64,000 bases of DNA, from positions 160,001 to 224,000 of the forward strand of contig CAWIKF010000002.1 of the NCBI GenBank assembly GCA_963836755.1, given 5' to 3'. The notes beneath the pieces are model-generated. The model saw only the letters and a list, made by a program, of their open reading frames with translations, was not told the DNA's origin and did no database searches. A program made the position numbers and the translations under genes. The stretch comes from an uncultured Verrucomicrobiae bacterium. GTDB lineage: Bacteria; Verrucomicrobiota; Verrucomicrobiia; Chthoniobacterales; Chthoniobacteraceae. Of the stretch, positions 1 to 10,286 are shown in pieces; positions within the stretch are counted from its first letter, which is position 1; each line of letters begins with the position of its first letter.

Positions 1-174
1 GTTGGTCAAAAACTTTCGCTGTTTGACGCCGCGCGGCTTGGCGCGTGGCTTTGCGGGCGTGCTGCTGAACTCGCGATCCACAATGGCACAGAATCCGAGC
101 AGTCGCTTGCGGCGATGGATGTGCCGCGCCACATCGGTCAGGCTTTTAAACAGCTAAGAACGAATTGTTTTTAG
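1..174 (+). CDS. nnrD: 3' end of NAD(P)H-hydrate dehydratase (YjeF/NnrD), truncated by window edge
   Basis: Frame 1 reads VGQKLSLFDAARLGAWLCGRAAELA...SLAAMDVPRHIGQAFKQL* (TAG 172-174), resembling the C-terminal pattern of YjeF-C proteins. Confidence 0.65.
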   Translation, partial: VGQKLSLFDAARLGAWLCGRAAELAIHNGTESEQSLAAMDVPRHIGQAFKQLRTNCF

Positions 175-180
175 CGTTCT

Positions 181-1614
181 TCATGAACGCGTGTCAGCTG
201 TTGCTGAAAAAGTTGCCCCATTTTTCAGCAAATATTCTCGCGCGAGTTCTCGCCGGCTGACTTTGCCCCGCTCATTTACGGGAATCTCCGGCACGATCCA
301 GACATCGCGCGGCCGTTGCCAAGCGCTGAGACTTTTTCGCGCGAACTGCAGCACCTCGGACGCGCTGACATTTCCCGCGACGCACGCCACGGCTTCTTCA
401 TGACGAAGCGCTGACGGAACGCCGAAAATCACGACTTGTTTAACCCCGGCAAGCGCTGCGATTCGCGCTTCGATCTCCGCCGGGTTCAATTTCCGGCCCG
501 CGACATTGATCACGTCCGTTGCGCGCCCGACGAGCCGCAAACCGCGAGTGGAGATTTGCACGAGGTCGCTCGGAATGAAGCGCCCGCGGCCGAGCGTTTC
601 CGCATCGGCGTCGGGAAAATAGCCGTCGCCGACAGCAGAGCTGCGGACTTTGATGCGCACGGCAGCATCGGAACCGAACGAAAAGATGCGCACGTTCTTG
701 AGCGGCTGTCCGACAAAGCCCTCGGGCTGCTCCAGCTTTGCGCTGGCGTCGTAGCAGATGCCGCCACATTCGGACGCGCCGTAGAACGGATGAATTTTCA
801 ATCCGAACTTTTCGTGGAATTGGCTGGCGACCGGCTTGGGCAAAGGCGCGCCGGCCGATTGGCAAAGCCGGAGGCGCGGAAGTTTGGGAACATTTCCCAG
901 TGCCAAAATTTTCTCGAAAAAAACTGGCATGCCCGGGAAAACAGTTGCATCGCTGCGTGCGAGATCGTGCAGGATCGCGCGCGGCATTCGCTCTTCGCTC
1001 GCGACCAGCGCGACGCCACGGCAAAGCAGCGGGGTGAGCAAATTACTGAATCCATACGAGTGCGAAAACGGAATCACGCCGAAATTCACGTCGTCGCGCG
1101 TGATGCCCATCGTCTCGCAAATATTGTCGCAATCCGCAACGAGCTGCTCCGCGCGAAAGCGAATCGCGCGCGGCGCGGAAGTGGTGCCGGAGGTCAATTT
1201 TAAAAAATCGGGCGGCTCGCCGCGCCAGTCCACTGCTTGCTTCGCGAGCTGCGTCCATTGGAAATCGATGCCGTCAAATTCGACTAGTGTCGAGACGCGG
1301 CAGGTCTCGAGCGCGGCGGCGCGCTCGGTCTTTTCCATGTGGCGGCCGAGCGGCAGCGGGATGATCTCGCGCCGGAACGCCGCAAGCAAGAGCGCAGGCC
1401 AGCTCGCGCAATTGCCGATTTGGATCCCCATCACGGAACGCGGCGGAATCGTTTCCAGCATTGCGTCGAGCTCTGCGGCTTCTTTCTCGATCTCGGAAAA
1501 AGTGCGCAGCGACATTCCATCGGTGCCAAGCACGGCGGCGGCGGCGGCAGCGCTGTCGGCCAAAGTTTTTTCCCAACGCAGGAGGATTGCGTTCTTTTTA
1601 TTTGCAGATGCCAT
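181..1614 (-). CDS. AMP-binding acyl-CoA synthetase / adenylate-forming enzyme
   Basis: LTSGTTSAPRAI P-loop, YGASE, GRxxDVINVAGRK and final RGKVSR motifs. Confidence 0.85.
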   Translation of the reverse strand: MASANKKNAILLRWEKTLADSAAAAAAVLGTDGMSLRTFSEIEKEAAELDAMLETIPPRSVMGIQIGNCASWPALLLAAFRREIIPLPLGRHMEKTERAAALETCRVSTLVEFDGIDFQWTQLAKQAVDWRGEPPDFLKLTSGTTSAPRAIRFRAEQLVADCDNICETMGITRDDVNFGVIPFSHSYGFSNLLTPLLCRGVALVASEERMPRAILHDLARSDATVFPGMPVFFEKILALGNVPKLPRLRLCQSAGAPLPKPVASQFHEKFGLKIHPFYGASECGGICYDASAKLEQPEGFVGQPLKNVRIFSFGSDAAVRIKVRSSAVGDGYFPDADAETLGRGRFIPSDLVQISTRGLRLVGRATDVINVAGRKLNPAEIEARIAALAGVKQVVIFGVPSALRHEEAVACVAGNVSASEVLQFARKSLSAWQRPRDVWIVPEIPVNERGKVSRRELAREYLLKNGATFSATADTRS

Positions 1615-1648
1615 CGGGGCAGGTATCTTTTACGTCCTTTTTCGAGCC

Positions 1649-1879
1649 ATGAAAGCAGATATTCATCCCGACTATACCGACTCCACCATCACGTGCGCGT
1701 GCGGCGCGGCCTATCACACGCGCTCGACGCGGCGCTCAATCGCAATCGGCATTTGCGCGGCGTGCCATCCGTTTTTCACCGGTGAGCAAAAGTTCGTCGA
1801 CACGGCTGGACGCGTCGAAAAATTCGCGCGGCGCTTTGGCGGCACCAAGGCGACGCGAGTGAAAAAGACAGCGGCTTAA
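1649..1879 (+). CDS. rpmE: 50S ribosomal protein L31, zinc-binding (C+) type
   Basis: MKADIHPDY...CACG...CAACHPFFTGEQKFVDTAGRVEKF. ATG at 1649 lies inside the long ORF 836..1879. Confidence 0.97.
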   Translation: MKADIHPDYTDSTITCACGAAYHTRSTRRSIAIGICAACHPFFTGEQKFVDTAGRVEKFARRFGGTKATRVKKTAA

Positions 1880-1937
1880 CGTCCAAAAATTTTGAGAACG
1901 GTGATCGCGTGCTAGCGCGGTCACCGTTTTTCTTTGC

Positions 1938-3017
1938 ATGGATTTCGCCCCACTCATCGCCAAAAAAGAGGAACGCTTCCACGAACTGGAAGCCGTCATC
2001 TCTGCACCGGACTTTTACGCAAACCCGCAGGCGGCGAAGGAAAAAATGCGGGAGCACACGCGGCTGAAAGAGTTGCTGGCGGCGTGGAAGGATTTTGAAA
2101 AGGCGCAGATCGAACTGCGGGAAAGCCAGGAACTCGCGAAGGGCGAGGACGCGGATTTTGCAGAAATGGCGCAGGCGGAAATCCCTCGACTGGAGGAAAA
2201 AATCCGCGCGGGCGAGCGCGCGATTCAGCTCGCGCTTTTACCGCCAGATGCGAATGAGGACCGCGACGCGATCGTGGAAATCCGCGCGGGAACCGGTGGA
2301 AATGAAGCGGCGCTCTTTGCCGCAGACCTTTACCGCATGTATAACAGGTATGCGGAAGCGCACGGATTGAAAATCGAAGAGATGGAAACGAGTCCGTCCG
2401 AGCTCGGCGGGTTGAAGGAAATGATTTTTCGCGTTTCGGGCAACGCCGTTTTTCGGCAATTGCGATACGAGAGCGGCGTGCACCGTGTGCAGCGCGTGCC
2501 GGCGACCGAGGCGCAAGGGCGCATCCACACGAGCACGGCGACGGTGGCGGTTTTGCCGGAGGCGGAGGAGGTTGATCTGGAATTGAAACCGGAGGAGCTG
2601 CGCATCGAGGTCTGCCGCTCCGGCGGTCCAGGCGGCCAAGGCGTGAATACAACCGACTCAGCCGTGCAAATTCTACACATCCCGACGGGCACGATCGTCC
2701 GTTGCCAGGATGGTCGCAGCCAGCAAAAGAACAAGGACAAGGCCTTACGGATTTTACGCTCGCGTTTATTGGAAGTAAAACAACGCGAGGAGGCGGAAAA
2801 GTATGCAGCTCATCGCAAAAGCCAGATCGGCAGCGGCGGCCGCGAGGAAAAAATCCGCACTTATAATTATCCGCAGAACCGCGTCACCGATCATCGGATC
2901 GGCCTCACGCTTTACAATCTCGACCGCTTCGTTGAAGGCGACATCGCGCCCATGATCGAGGCGCTGCAAGCCGGCGACATGCAGGAGCGGCTCGAGGCCG
3001 CGAATCTGCACGTGTAA
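1938..3017 (+). CDS. prfA: Peptide chain release factor 1
   Basis: VPATEAQGRIHTS (PxT motif), GGQ motif, IRTYNYPQNRVTDHRI. Confidence 0.97.
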   Translation: MDFAPLIAKKEERFHELEAVISAPDFYANPQAAKEKMREHTRLKELLAAWKDFEKAQIELRESQELAKGEDADFAEMAQAEIPRLEEKIRAGERAIQLALLPPDANEDRDAIVEIRAGTGGNEAALFAADLYRMYNRYAEAHGLKIEEMETSPSELGGLKEMIFRVSGNAVFRQLRYESGVHRVQRVPATEAQGRIHTSTATVAVLPEAEEVDLELKPEELRIEVCRSGGPGGQGVNTTDSAVQILHIPTGTIVRCQDGRSQQKNKDKALRILRSRLLEVKQREEAEKYAAHRKSQIGSGGREEKIRTYNYPQNRVTDHRIGLTLYNLDRFVEGDIAPMIEALQAGDMQERLEAANLHV

Positions 3018-3221
3018 CTTTGACGCGCAAGATTTCGCGCGCGGCAGATGTCTTGTGCTTCGCATTTCGGCGCGAAGATTTTTGGGGAAAAGTTGGAAGC
3101 TGTTCTGAAAATTGTTGCAGCTGCGGGCCATTCCACTATTGGTTTTTACGCGGATTTCCAGCTGCGCGCTTGCACCTAAACTCGGGCGCGCCGATCCACT
3201 TCAGCTTCACCCCCAAATGTT

Positions 3222-5897
3222 ATGAACCGATCATCTCACGGAAAAAGCCGCCGCGAATTTTTGCGAGACGTCGCCTGGGGCACCGCCGCGATCTCACTAT
3301 ACGGGTTCGGAAAAAACCGCGCTTCGGCGGCCGACGTGCCCGCAGCGGATTCCTCCGCGCCGGAAGCGACTGTTTCGTGGCTCGGAAAAAATGCGCCATT
3401 GGCTCCCGCGGAAGTGAGCTGGGGCGTGCCGTGGCCGCGCGGTGCGATGTCGAAGGGAACGGAGTTGGTCGTGCAAACGGTCGGCGGGCAACCAGTGCCA
3501 GCGCAAACCTGGCCGCTGGCATATTGGCCTGATGGCTCGCTGAAATGGTCGGGCTTCGCCATTGCCGCAGATCCAAATCTCGCGACTCCATTGACCGTGA
3601 AGGCTGGCAACGCCGAGGCGCCGCCGAAGGCTTTGACGGTGCAGCAAAGTGCGGGTGCGCTTGAGATTTCCACTGGCCCGCTCGTTTGCCGAATTTCATC
3701 GGGCGGCGCGAATATCGTCGACTCGATTGCGATCAATGGCACCGAGGTCGGCCGCGATGGCCACCTCATCGCCCTGCGCGAGGATCGCTCCCAATTCGCC
3801 TCGGTCGGCGTTCTTCGACAGGAAAAATTTGTGAGCCAGGTCAGCAAAGTTTCTGCGGAGCAAACGGGACCAGTCCGAGCCGTCGTCCGCATCGAAGGCA
3901 AACACGCCGGCGCGGATCCGACGCGCGAGTGGCTGCCTTTTGTCGTGCGTCTGTATTTTACCGTGGGCCTCAGCTCCGTGCGCATCGTCCATTCGTTCGT
4001 TTTTGACGGCGACGCGCAGACGGATTTCATCCGCGGGCTCGGCATCGCTTTTATCATCCCTTTTCGCGAGGAGCGTCAAAATCGGCACGTCCGCTTCGCG
4101 GCGGATGGCGATGGAGTTTGGGCGGAGCCGGTGATGATGAGTCCCGGATACCGCGCGGTGCTGGTAAAAGATGCGCTCGAGATGAACAAGGCGCAGCTGG
4201 CTGGCGAACGCATTCCCAACCTTGCCGCGCTGGGCGATAAAGCGAAGGCGCAGTTCGAGACAGTGGCGGTTTGGGATGGATTCAAGCTCACGCAACTCGA
4301 CCCGGATTCTTTTGCGATCAGCAAACGCACCGGCGCGGCGAGCTCGTGGCTGCACGTCCTCAATGGCCATCGTGCGCGCGGATTGGCTTTTCTCGGCGAT
4401 GTTTCCGGCGGCCTCGCGGTCGGCGGCAAACGCTTTTGGGAAAAGTATCCGGCTGCCTTGGAAATTGAAGGCGCTTCGTCGAAGACGGGCCAATTGACGA
4501 TGTGGTTTTGGTCGCCCGATGCGCCGGCGATGGACTTGCGGCACTACGACACTGTCGGCCACGACGGCGTGATCTCCTATGAAGATCACCAGGAAGGGTT
4601 CAGCACGCCGACGGGCGTTGCCAACACGCATGAGCTGACGCTTTGGGCGCTGGAAAATACGCCGCCGAACGCGCTCATCGCGACTCTCGCGAAAACGGCG
4701 AACGAGCCGGCGCTGCTGGTTTGCGAGCCGGAACGTTATCACTCCACTCGCACGCTTGGCATCTGGAGTTTGCCCGACCGCTCGACTCCAGACAAGGTGG
4801 CGATCGAGGATCAACTGGATCGCGCGTGGCGCTTTTACAAAGGCGAAATCGACCGCCGGCGCTGGTATGGCTTTTGGGATTTCGGCGATGTCATGCGGAC
4901 CTACAGCAGCACGCGCCACACGTGGCTTTACGACATTGGTGGACATGCCTGGAACAACACCGAACTGATGCCAAACGCATGGCTTTGGTTCAGCTTTTTG
5001 CGCACCGGCGATGCCGAACTTTTCCGCATGGCAGAGGACATGACGCGTAACACCACCGAGGTGGATGTCTACCACATGGGAAGATTCGCGGGACTAGGTT
5101 CGCGGCACAACGTGAGCCATTGGGGATGCGGCGCAAAGGAAGCGCGCATCAGCGAAGCATGGCTCAAACGCTTTTACTACTATCTCACCACGGATGAGCG
5201 GACGGGCGATCTGATGAAAGAAGTCCTCACGGTGGATGAGACGATCGCGCGGGTTCAGCCCTTGCGTGAAGAACTGGTAAGGCCTGAAGTCCCTGTGATT
5301 CTCCGCATAGGTCCTGACTGGCTTGCGCTCGCGAGCAATTGGATGACGGAGTGGGAACGCACCGGCAATGTGAAGTATCGCGACTACGTGCTCACCGGCA
5401 TGAAATGCATCGGGGCGATGCCCGAGGCGTTCATTACCCGCATGGCTTATAGCTATGACGTAAAGACGAAGACGTTGACTGATATCGGGCAACCAAATCT
5501 ACCGGCTGGTGAGTTCCTCGATCTCTTTGGAGGCGATCAGATCATGATGGAACTTATGCAACTGATTCCGTGCCCAGAATTTGTTACTGCATGGCATGAT
5601 CTGATCAAAAAATGGGGCGAAGATCCGAAGTGGAAGGGTTACACCAAGATGAGGATGATGGCATACGATGCGAATGTTACCCATAACGTAGCTCTCAAGG
5701 ACGAGGCGTGGAAGCTTCTCATGGAGAGCTTGACCGTAAAGGAGCATGAGCGCTTTCCAAAGTCGCCTCAGTTGATCGAAGGATCTGAAGTAGCCGAACC
5801 GGTGGAGGAAATCCTGCCGCTGGATACACCGGGCGTGTCGCAATGGGCGATCAATGTCCTCACCACGATGGAGCTCGTCCGCGAGTTCAAGCCTTAG
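3222..5897 (+). CDS. Tat-exported exo-rhamnogalacturonan lyase-like protein (PL26/YetA family)
   Basis: SRREFL Tat motif. WGVPWPRG, WPLAYWPDGSLKW, WYGFWDFGDVM and GLGSRHNVSHWG resemble YetA/PL26 proteins. Confidence 0.75.
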   Translation: MNRSSHGKSRREFLRDVAWGTAAISLYGFGKNRASAADVPAADSSAPEATVSWLGKNAPLAPAEVSWGVPWPRGAMSKGTELVVQTVGGQPVPAQTWPLAYWPDGSLKWSGFAIAADPNLATPLTVKAGNAEAPPKALTVQQSAGALEISTGPLVCRISSGGANIVDSIAINGTEVGRDGHLIALREDRSQFASVGVLRQEKFVSQVSKVSAEQTGPVRAVVRIEGKHAGADPTREWLPFVVRLYFTVGLSSVRIVHSFVFDGDAQTDFIRGLGIAFIIPFREERQNRHVRFAADGDGVWAEPVMMSPGYRAVLVKDALEMNKAQLAGERIPNLAALGDKAKAQFETVAVWDGFKLTQLDPDSFAISKRTGAASSWLHVLNGHRARGLAFLGDVSGGLAVGGKRFWEKYPAALEIEGASSKTGQLTMWFWSPDAPAMDLRHYDTVGHDGVISYEDHQEGFSTPTGVANTHELTLWALENTPPNALIATLAKTANEPALLVCEPERYHSTRTLGIWSLPDRSTPDKVAIEDQLDRAWRFYKGEIDRRRWYGFWDFGDVMRTYSSTRHTWLYDIGGHAWNNTELMPNAWLWFSFLRTGDAELFRMAEDMTRNTTEVDVYHMGRFAGLGSRHNVSHWGCGAKEARISEAWLKRFYYYLTTDERTGDLMKEVLTVDETIARVQPLREELVRPEVPVILRIGPDWLALASNWMTEWERTGNVKYRDYVLTGMKCIGAMPEAFITRMAYSYDVKTKTLTDIGQPNLPAGEFLDLFGGDQIMMELMQLIPCPEFVTAWHDLIKKWGEDPKWKGYTKMRMMAYDANVTHNVALKDEAWKLLMESLTVKEHERFPKSPQLIEGSEVAEPVEEILPLDTPGVSQWAINVLTTMELVREFKP

Positions 5898-5913
5898 CTT
5901 TCGAGTAGTAACC

Positions 5914-8900
5914 ATGAAGGCCGGCATTCGAGTGGGACTCACAGCTGGACTACTTGCCATGTTATGTGGCCCGGCATTCGCCGGCAAACAGGGCCGGGTT
6001 AATCTACAGAACCTGGTAACTCCCATCTATTCCGTCGATGGTGATGCCTTCGTCCGTCACAATGGCGACCGTTACTCGAACCGTCCTCTCTATTGCAACC
6101 ACATCTACGCGGTAGTCTTGGCTGGCGACAAGCCTTACAGCGTCCTCGGCAGCGAGACAAACATCATGGGAAACCTCATGTTCGCTTTGATCCGCGACGG
6201 TCACGGCAAATGGTTGCAAGATGCTTCTGATATCACTTCAAAGTATCGGCCTGGACGCATGGAATGGATAGTCAAAGATAGCTCTTGGAGCGCGACCACG
6301 GCGCATCTTGAAGTAGTGCCGGCTGCCCGCGGACCAGGTCTCGCCGCGCATATTCGGATTCAGGATGCGCAACCGGGAGACAAGCTCGTCTGGGCCAGCG
6401 GCGGAGCTAGCATCGAGAAACAAAGCGTTCTTTGGGAATACGATATGACCAGCCAAAGCGGCAAACTCAGCTACCGCGGCTTTGACCCGGCGAGTTGTGA
6501 ACATAATGAGACCGCCGTGAATGGGAATTCGTGGACCGTGCAGGGGACTGGAAGTCTGCCCGTGGTGACGGGCCGCTGCAGCGTGGAGACGAAAATGTCG
6601 CTGGCCGACGCCGACGCTTGGAAAGATCCCGCGCTGCTCTTGACTACTCAAGGTTACTCAAGAGCGATAGCTTGTGGCTCGCTTCCAGTGCAGTCCAACC
6701 AAGACATCTACTGGAGTTTTCTCGGCCCCGATGCCGGAGTAGGCAACTCACCAGCAAAAGATTTCGCTGCGGGAAAGGAACGAGCACAAATGCTTGAAAG
6801 CAGAGCCGTCATCGACACTCCCGATCGATGGCTTAACGCAGCTTTCGCGGCATCATCGATTGTTGAGGATGCATGCTTTCGTGACGGAATTTATACCCAT
6901 TCCGGAATGCGCTGGAGCAAAGCTCTCATCGGCTGGCGCACAATCTTCGGCGGAACTGTTTTCGGCGCGCACGAAAACGTGAAGACGCAAGCAGCTTACT
7001 GTTTGGGGAAGCAAATCAAAGACTCCGATCGGACTTCCGCGCAGGCTGATCCTAAGTTGGGATTAACTCGTCAATCCCCGCAATCGCGCCTCTTCGGCAA
7101 AGGCCGGGTCGATGTTTATAATCCTCCGCACTATGACATGCAGACGCAGTTCTTTGACCAACTCGAACACGCGTGGCGCTGGACTGGCGACAAAACTCTC
7201 GAGAAGCTACTTCGACCCGCGCTGGATCTACACTGCGAATACTTGAAGGACTGCTTTGATCCCGCTGGCTTGGGCATCTATGAAAGCTATGCGAATACTT
7301 GGCCGACCGACGACCAATGGTATAACGGTGGCGGCACTTCGGAAGAAACAGCTTATGCCTATCAAGCCGAACTCACTGCGTTTCAGCTTTCAAAGCGCGT
7401 CGGCGATGAGGCGGCGGCTGCTCTGCACCAGGTGGCCATCGAGCGCATTCGCAAAGGATTCTTCGACCTACTGTGGAATCCGGCGACTGGCTATCCCGGT
7501 GCCTACCGCGAACAAGAGGGTCTCAAACGACTGCATCAAAGTTGCTGGCTCTATGCCATCTTTTGCCCAATCGACGCGGGCCTTCTGACTACTGAACAAT
7601 CGGCAGAAGCTCTTTATTATACCGAATGGGGACTGGAGCGAATGAAGGTGCCTTACGGCGGCGAACAATGCTGGCCGTCGAACTGGGTCCCTTCGATTTG
7701 GTCGGTGAGAGAGATGTGGTCGGGCGATGACTACCACTTAGCTCTGGCATACTTGCAGACCGGGCTGCCGGACGAAGCGTGGAAAATCTTTCATGGCATG
7801 TTTCCGCAGCAGTTGCTCTTCGGGCCGGTTCCTGGCGACATGGGCAATCCTGCTGGCGGGACTGATTTCAATGACTGCAACAGCATGTTCGCACGAACGA
7901 TTGTCGAAGGTATGTTTGGCTACCGGCCCGACTATCCGAATGGTGTGGTAAAAGTAGCGCCGCAGCTTCCGAGCGACTGGGACCATGCTTCCATTCGAAC
8001 GCCTGACATGTCTATAAGCTATGAACGCAGCGGTATGTCAACAAGCTGCGCGATCACTCTCGCCCACGACTGTGCGATGGAAGTCGAGTTACCAGTTTGC
8101 ACTCATGAAGTCACACAAGTGACAGTAGACGGGAAGCCGGCGAAGTGGGAGCTATTGCCGGGCTTCGGTCGGAGCTTGGTGAAGGTAGAGATACCTTCCG
8201 CCAATGCCATCAAGGTGGAAGTAACCGCGAAGGACTCCTTGAAGAAAGCGCCCTCGATCGCTTTGTCCGGCAACACGGGCGACGTGGTTACGCTTAGAGA
8301 CCAGATGGGAAAGATAGTGGATTTTCACGACCCAGAAGGCGTCCTCAGTAATGCCAAGCTTACGAGCGATGCTATCACTGGCACACTTACTTCCAACGCT
8401 GGCTATCATCTCGTCTTCGGATTGAGCCAGGTAGGAGAGACTCGGCAATGGAAGATGTTTAAAATCCACGTGACGGATGCAAAGGCGGATGCAGCACTGG
8501 CTGCCAGCACTGAGGTAAATGTGCCAAAGGATGCGCAATGGGACCAAGTCAACGTGCAATCTTCCTTTAATGGTGACATCCGCACGATCTATGAGCAGCA
8601 GTATCTTTCTCCTCGCCCGAATACCTGCTCACTGCGGCTCGCGACCGATGGTTACTCTACCTGGCAGATGGCTTTGGGCGGCCCTTTGCATCCACCGAAG
8701 ATTACTCTCGATAACGTGCCGAAGCTGTCGGATAACTCCGGCCATGTCCTTGCGGAGAACGGCGTCCCTTTTCCCGTCCCAAGTGAGACCAATAACATCG
8801 CATTTACCTCTCGATGGGATAACTGGCCGCGTCAGGTGGAAGTTCCCGTTCATAAGAGTGGCGACGCCATCTGGTTTCTGTTGTGCGGTTCCACCAATCC

Positions 8901-9216
8901 GATGGAGGTGCGCATTCCTAATGCGGAATTGCGAATGAAATATGCAGACGGTAAGGTAGAAAGACTGGAGATCACTCCACCATTCAACTTCTGGTCGCTT
9001 TGTCCCTTTGGCGGCAATGACTATGACTATGTGCGCGATGCATTCGCTTTGCCCAAAGTCCCGCCGATGACGATGCAGCTTGGCAAGAACTGCCGCGGCA
9101 TTGTTCTCGGCTGGCGGTTGCGGCCGGGAGTAGCATTGGAAAGTGTCACGCTCGAAACTTTGTCGGAGCAGGTAGTCATAGGTCTCATGGGTGCCACTGT
9201 GATGAATCCAAAGTAG
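5914..9216 (+). CDS. Secreted DUF4450-like six-hairpin glycosidase
   Basis: Signal peptide MKAGIRVGLTAGLLAMLCGPAFA, NRPLY, YDMQTQFFDQ, YESYANTWPTDDQWYNGG, EGMFGYRPD. ATG at 5914. Confidence 0.6.
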   Translation: MKAGIRVGLTAGLLAMLCGPAFAGKQGRVNLQNLVTPIYSVDGDAFVRHNGDRYSNRPLYCNHIYAVVLAGDKPYSVLGSETNIMGNLMFALIRDGHGKWLQDASDITSKYRPGRMEWIVKDSSWSATTAHLEVVPAARGPGLAAHIRIQDAQPGDKLVWASGGASIEKQSVLWEYDMTSQSGKLSYRGFDPASCEHNETAVNGNSWTVQGTGSLPVVTGRCSVETKMSLADADAWKDPALLLTTQGYSRAIACGSLPVQSNQDIYWSFLGPDAGVGNSPAKDFAAGKERAQMLESRAVIDTPDRWLNAAFAASSIVEDACFRDGIYTHSGMRWSKALIGWRTIFGGTVFGAHENVKTQAAYCLGKQIKDSDRTSAQADPKLGLTRQSPQSRLFGKGRVDVYNPPHYDMQTQFFDQLEHAWRWTGDKTLEKLLRPALDLHCEYLKDCFDPAGLGIYESYANTWPTDDQWYNGGGTSEETAYAYQAELTAFQLSKRVGDEAAAALHQVAIERIRKGFFDLLWNPATGYPGAYREQEGLKRLHQSCWLYAIFCPIDAGLLTTEQSAEALYYTEWGLERMKVPYGGEQCWPSNWVPSIWSVREMWSGDDYHLALAYLQTGLPDEAWKIFHGMFPQQLLFGPVPGDMGNPAGGTDFNDCNSMFARTIVEGMFGYRPDYPNGVVKVAPQLPSDWDHASIRTPDMSISYERSGMSTSCAITLAHDCAMEVELPVCTHEVTQVTVDGKPAKWELLPGFGRSLVKVEIPSANAIKVEVTAKDSLKKAPSIALSGNTGDVVTLRDQMGKIVDFHDPEGVLSNAKLTSDAITGTLTSNAGYHLVFGLSQVGETRQWKMFKIHVTDAKADAALAASTEVNVPKDAQWDQVNVQSSFNGDIRTIYEQQYLSPRPNTCSLRLATDGYSTWQMALGGPLHPPKITLDNVPKLSDNSGHVLAENGVPFPVPSETNNIAFTSRWDNWPRQVEVPVHKSGDAIWFLLCGSTNPMEVRIPNAELRMKYADGKVERLEITPPFNFWSLCPFGGNDYDYVRDAFALPKVPPMTMQLGKNCRGIVLGWRLRPGVALESVTLETLSEQVVIGLMGATVMNPK

Positions 9217-9269
9217 CGCCCGCTTGAACTTTGACGCCACACGAAACCTGCTCGACCTGACATACGCTT

Positions 9270-10286
9270 TTGAGAGCTTTGTATCTAAAGGAGCCAGGAT
9301 CGCTGGAGTGGCAGGAGATTCCGATTCCCGTAGTCGCGGACGGTGAAGCGCTCGTTCGGGTGCGCAGATGCGGCGTCTGCGGCACGGATATTCACGCGCT
9401 TGCCGGCAGACAACCTTTTTTCAATTACCCACGGCGTCTGGGACATGAGCTATGCGTCGAAGTCATAGAAGCGCCGGCGGCGAGCAAACTTTCTCCGGGG
9501 GACTTATGTGCGGTCGAAGCTTATTACTTTTGCGGCGTTTGCGCCGCGTGCCGCTCGGGAAAAACCAATTGCTGCAAGCAACTGCAAGTCCTCGGCGTGC
9601 ACCTCGACGGTGGCCACGCACCGTTCATCGCGGTTCCGGCGGAGAAATTGCACGGTGCGAAGTCATTGAGCGTCGAGCAGATCGCGCTGGTTGAGCCGCT
9701 GGTGATCGGAGCGCATGGCGTGGAGCGCGCGGCGCCCAAGGCCGGCGAGCCGACGGCGATCATCGGACTGGGCCCGATCGGACTGGCTGCCGCCATCTTT
9801 GCAAAGGCCGCGGGCGCGAATGTGGCATGCGTGGATACTCAACCAGAGCGGCTGGATTTCGCCGCGCAAGAAATGCAACTCGGCCAGCCGTTCCGCGCCG
9901 GAGAAAACCTCGCGAAGCAATTGCAAAAATATTTCGGCCAGCTTCCCTCGCTGGTCATCGATGCAACCGGAAATGCCGCGTCGATGAGAGGAACTTTCGA
10001 ACTTACCGAACATGGCGGGCGCATCGTTTTTCTCGGGCTTTTCAGCGGCGAAATAACTTTTGATGATCCGAATTTTCACCGCCGCGAATTGACGCTGATG
10101 GCGAGCCGCGCCGGATTGAGTGGAAGTTTTCGCGATGTGATCCGATTGCTCGAAAAAGGTGCGATCGATGCGCTGCCGCTGATCACGCACCGTTTCGATT
10201 TTGCCGAGGCGGCGGAGCGCTTGCCCGACATTCATCGCGAGCCAGGATTGGTGAAAGCAATGATCGATTTCGACGAAGCCGCATGA
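9270..10286 (+). CDS. Zn-dependent dehydrogenase, L-galactonate 5-dehydrogenase (LgoD/YjjN)-like
   Basis: GVCGTDIHA..GRQPFFNYPRRLGHE, structural Zn site CGVCAAC..NCC, GLGPIG, DPNFHRRELTLMASR. TTG start. Confidence 0.75.
   Translation: MRALYLKEPGSLEWQEIPIPVVADGEALVRVRRCGVCGTDIHALAGRQPFFNYPRRLGHELCVEVIEAPAASKLSPGDLCAVEAYYFCGVCAACRSGKTNCCKQLQVLGVHLDGGHAPFIAVPAEKLHGAKSLSVEQIALVEPLVIGAHGVERAAPKAGEPTAIIGLGPIGLAAAIFAKAAGANVACVDTQPERLDFAAQEMQLGQPFRAGENLAKQLQKYFGQLPSLVIDATGNAASMRGTFELTEHGGRIVFLGLFSGEITFDDPNFHRRELTLMASRAGLSGSFRDVIRLLEKGAIDALPLITHRFDFAEAAERLPDIHREPGLVKAMIDFDEAA

Noticed and set aside
836..1648. 347-aa ORF fused to L31
   Set aside because: The upstream part is antisense to the acyl-CoA ligase, and L31 similarity starts at ATG 1649.
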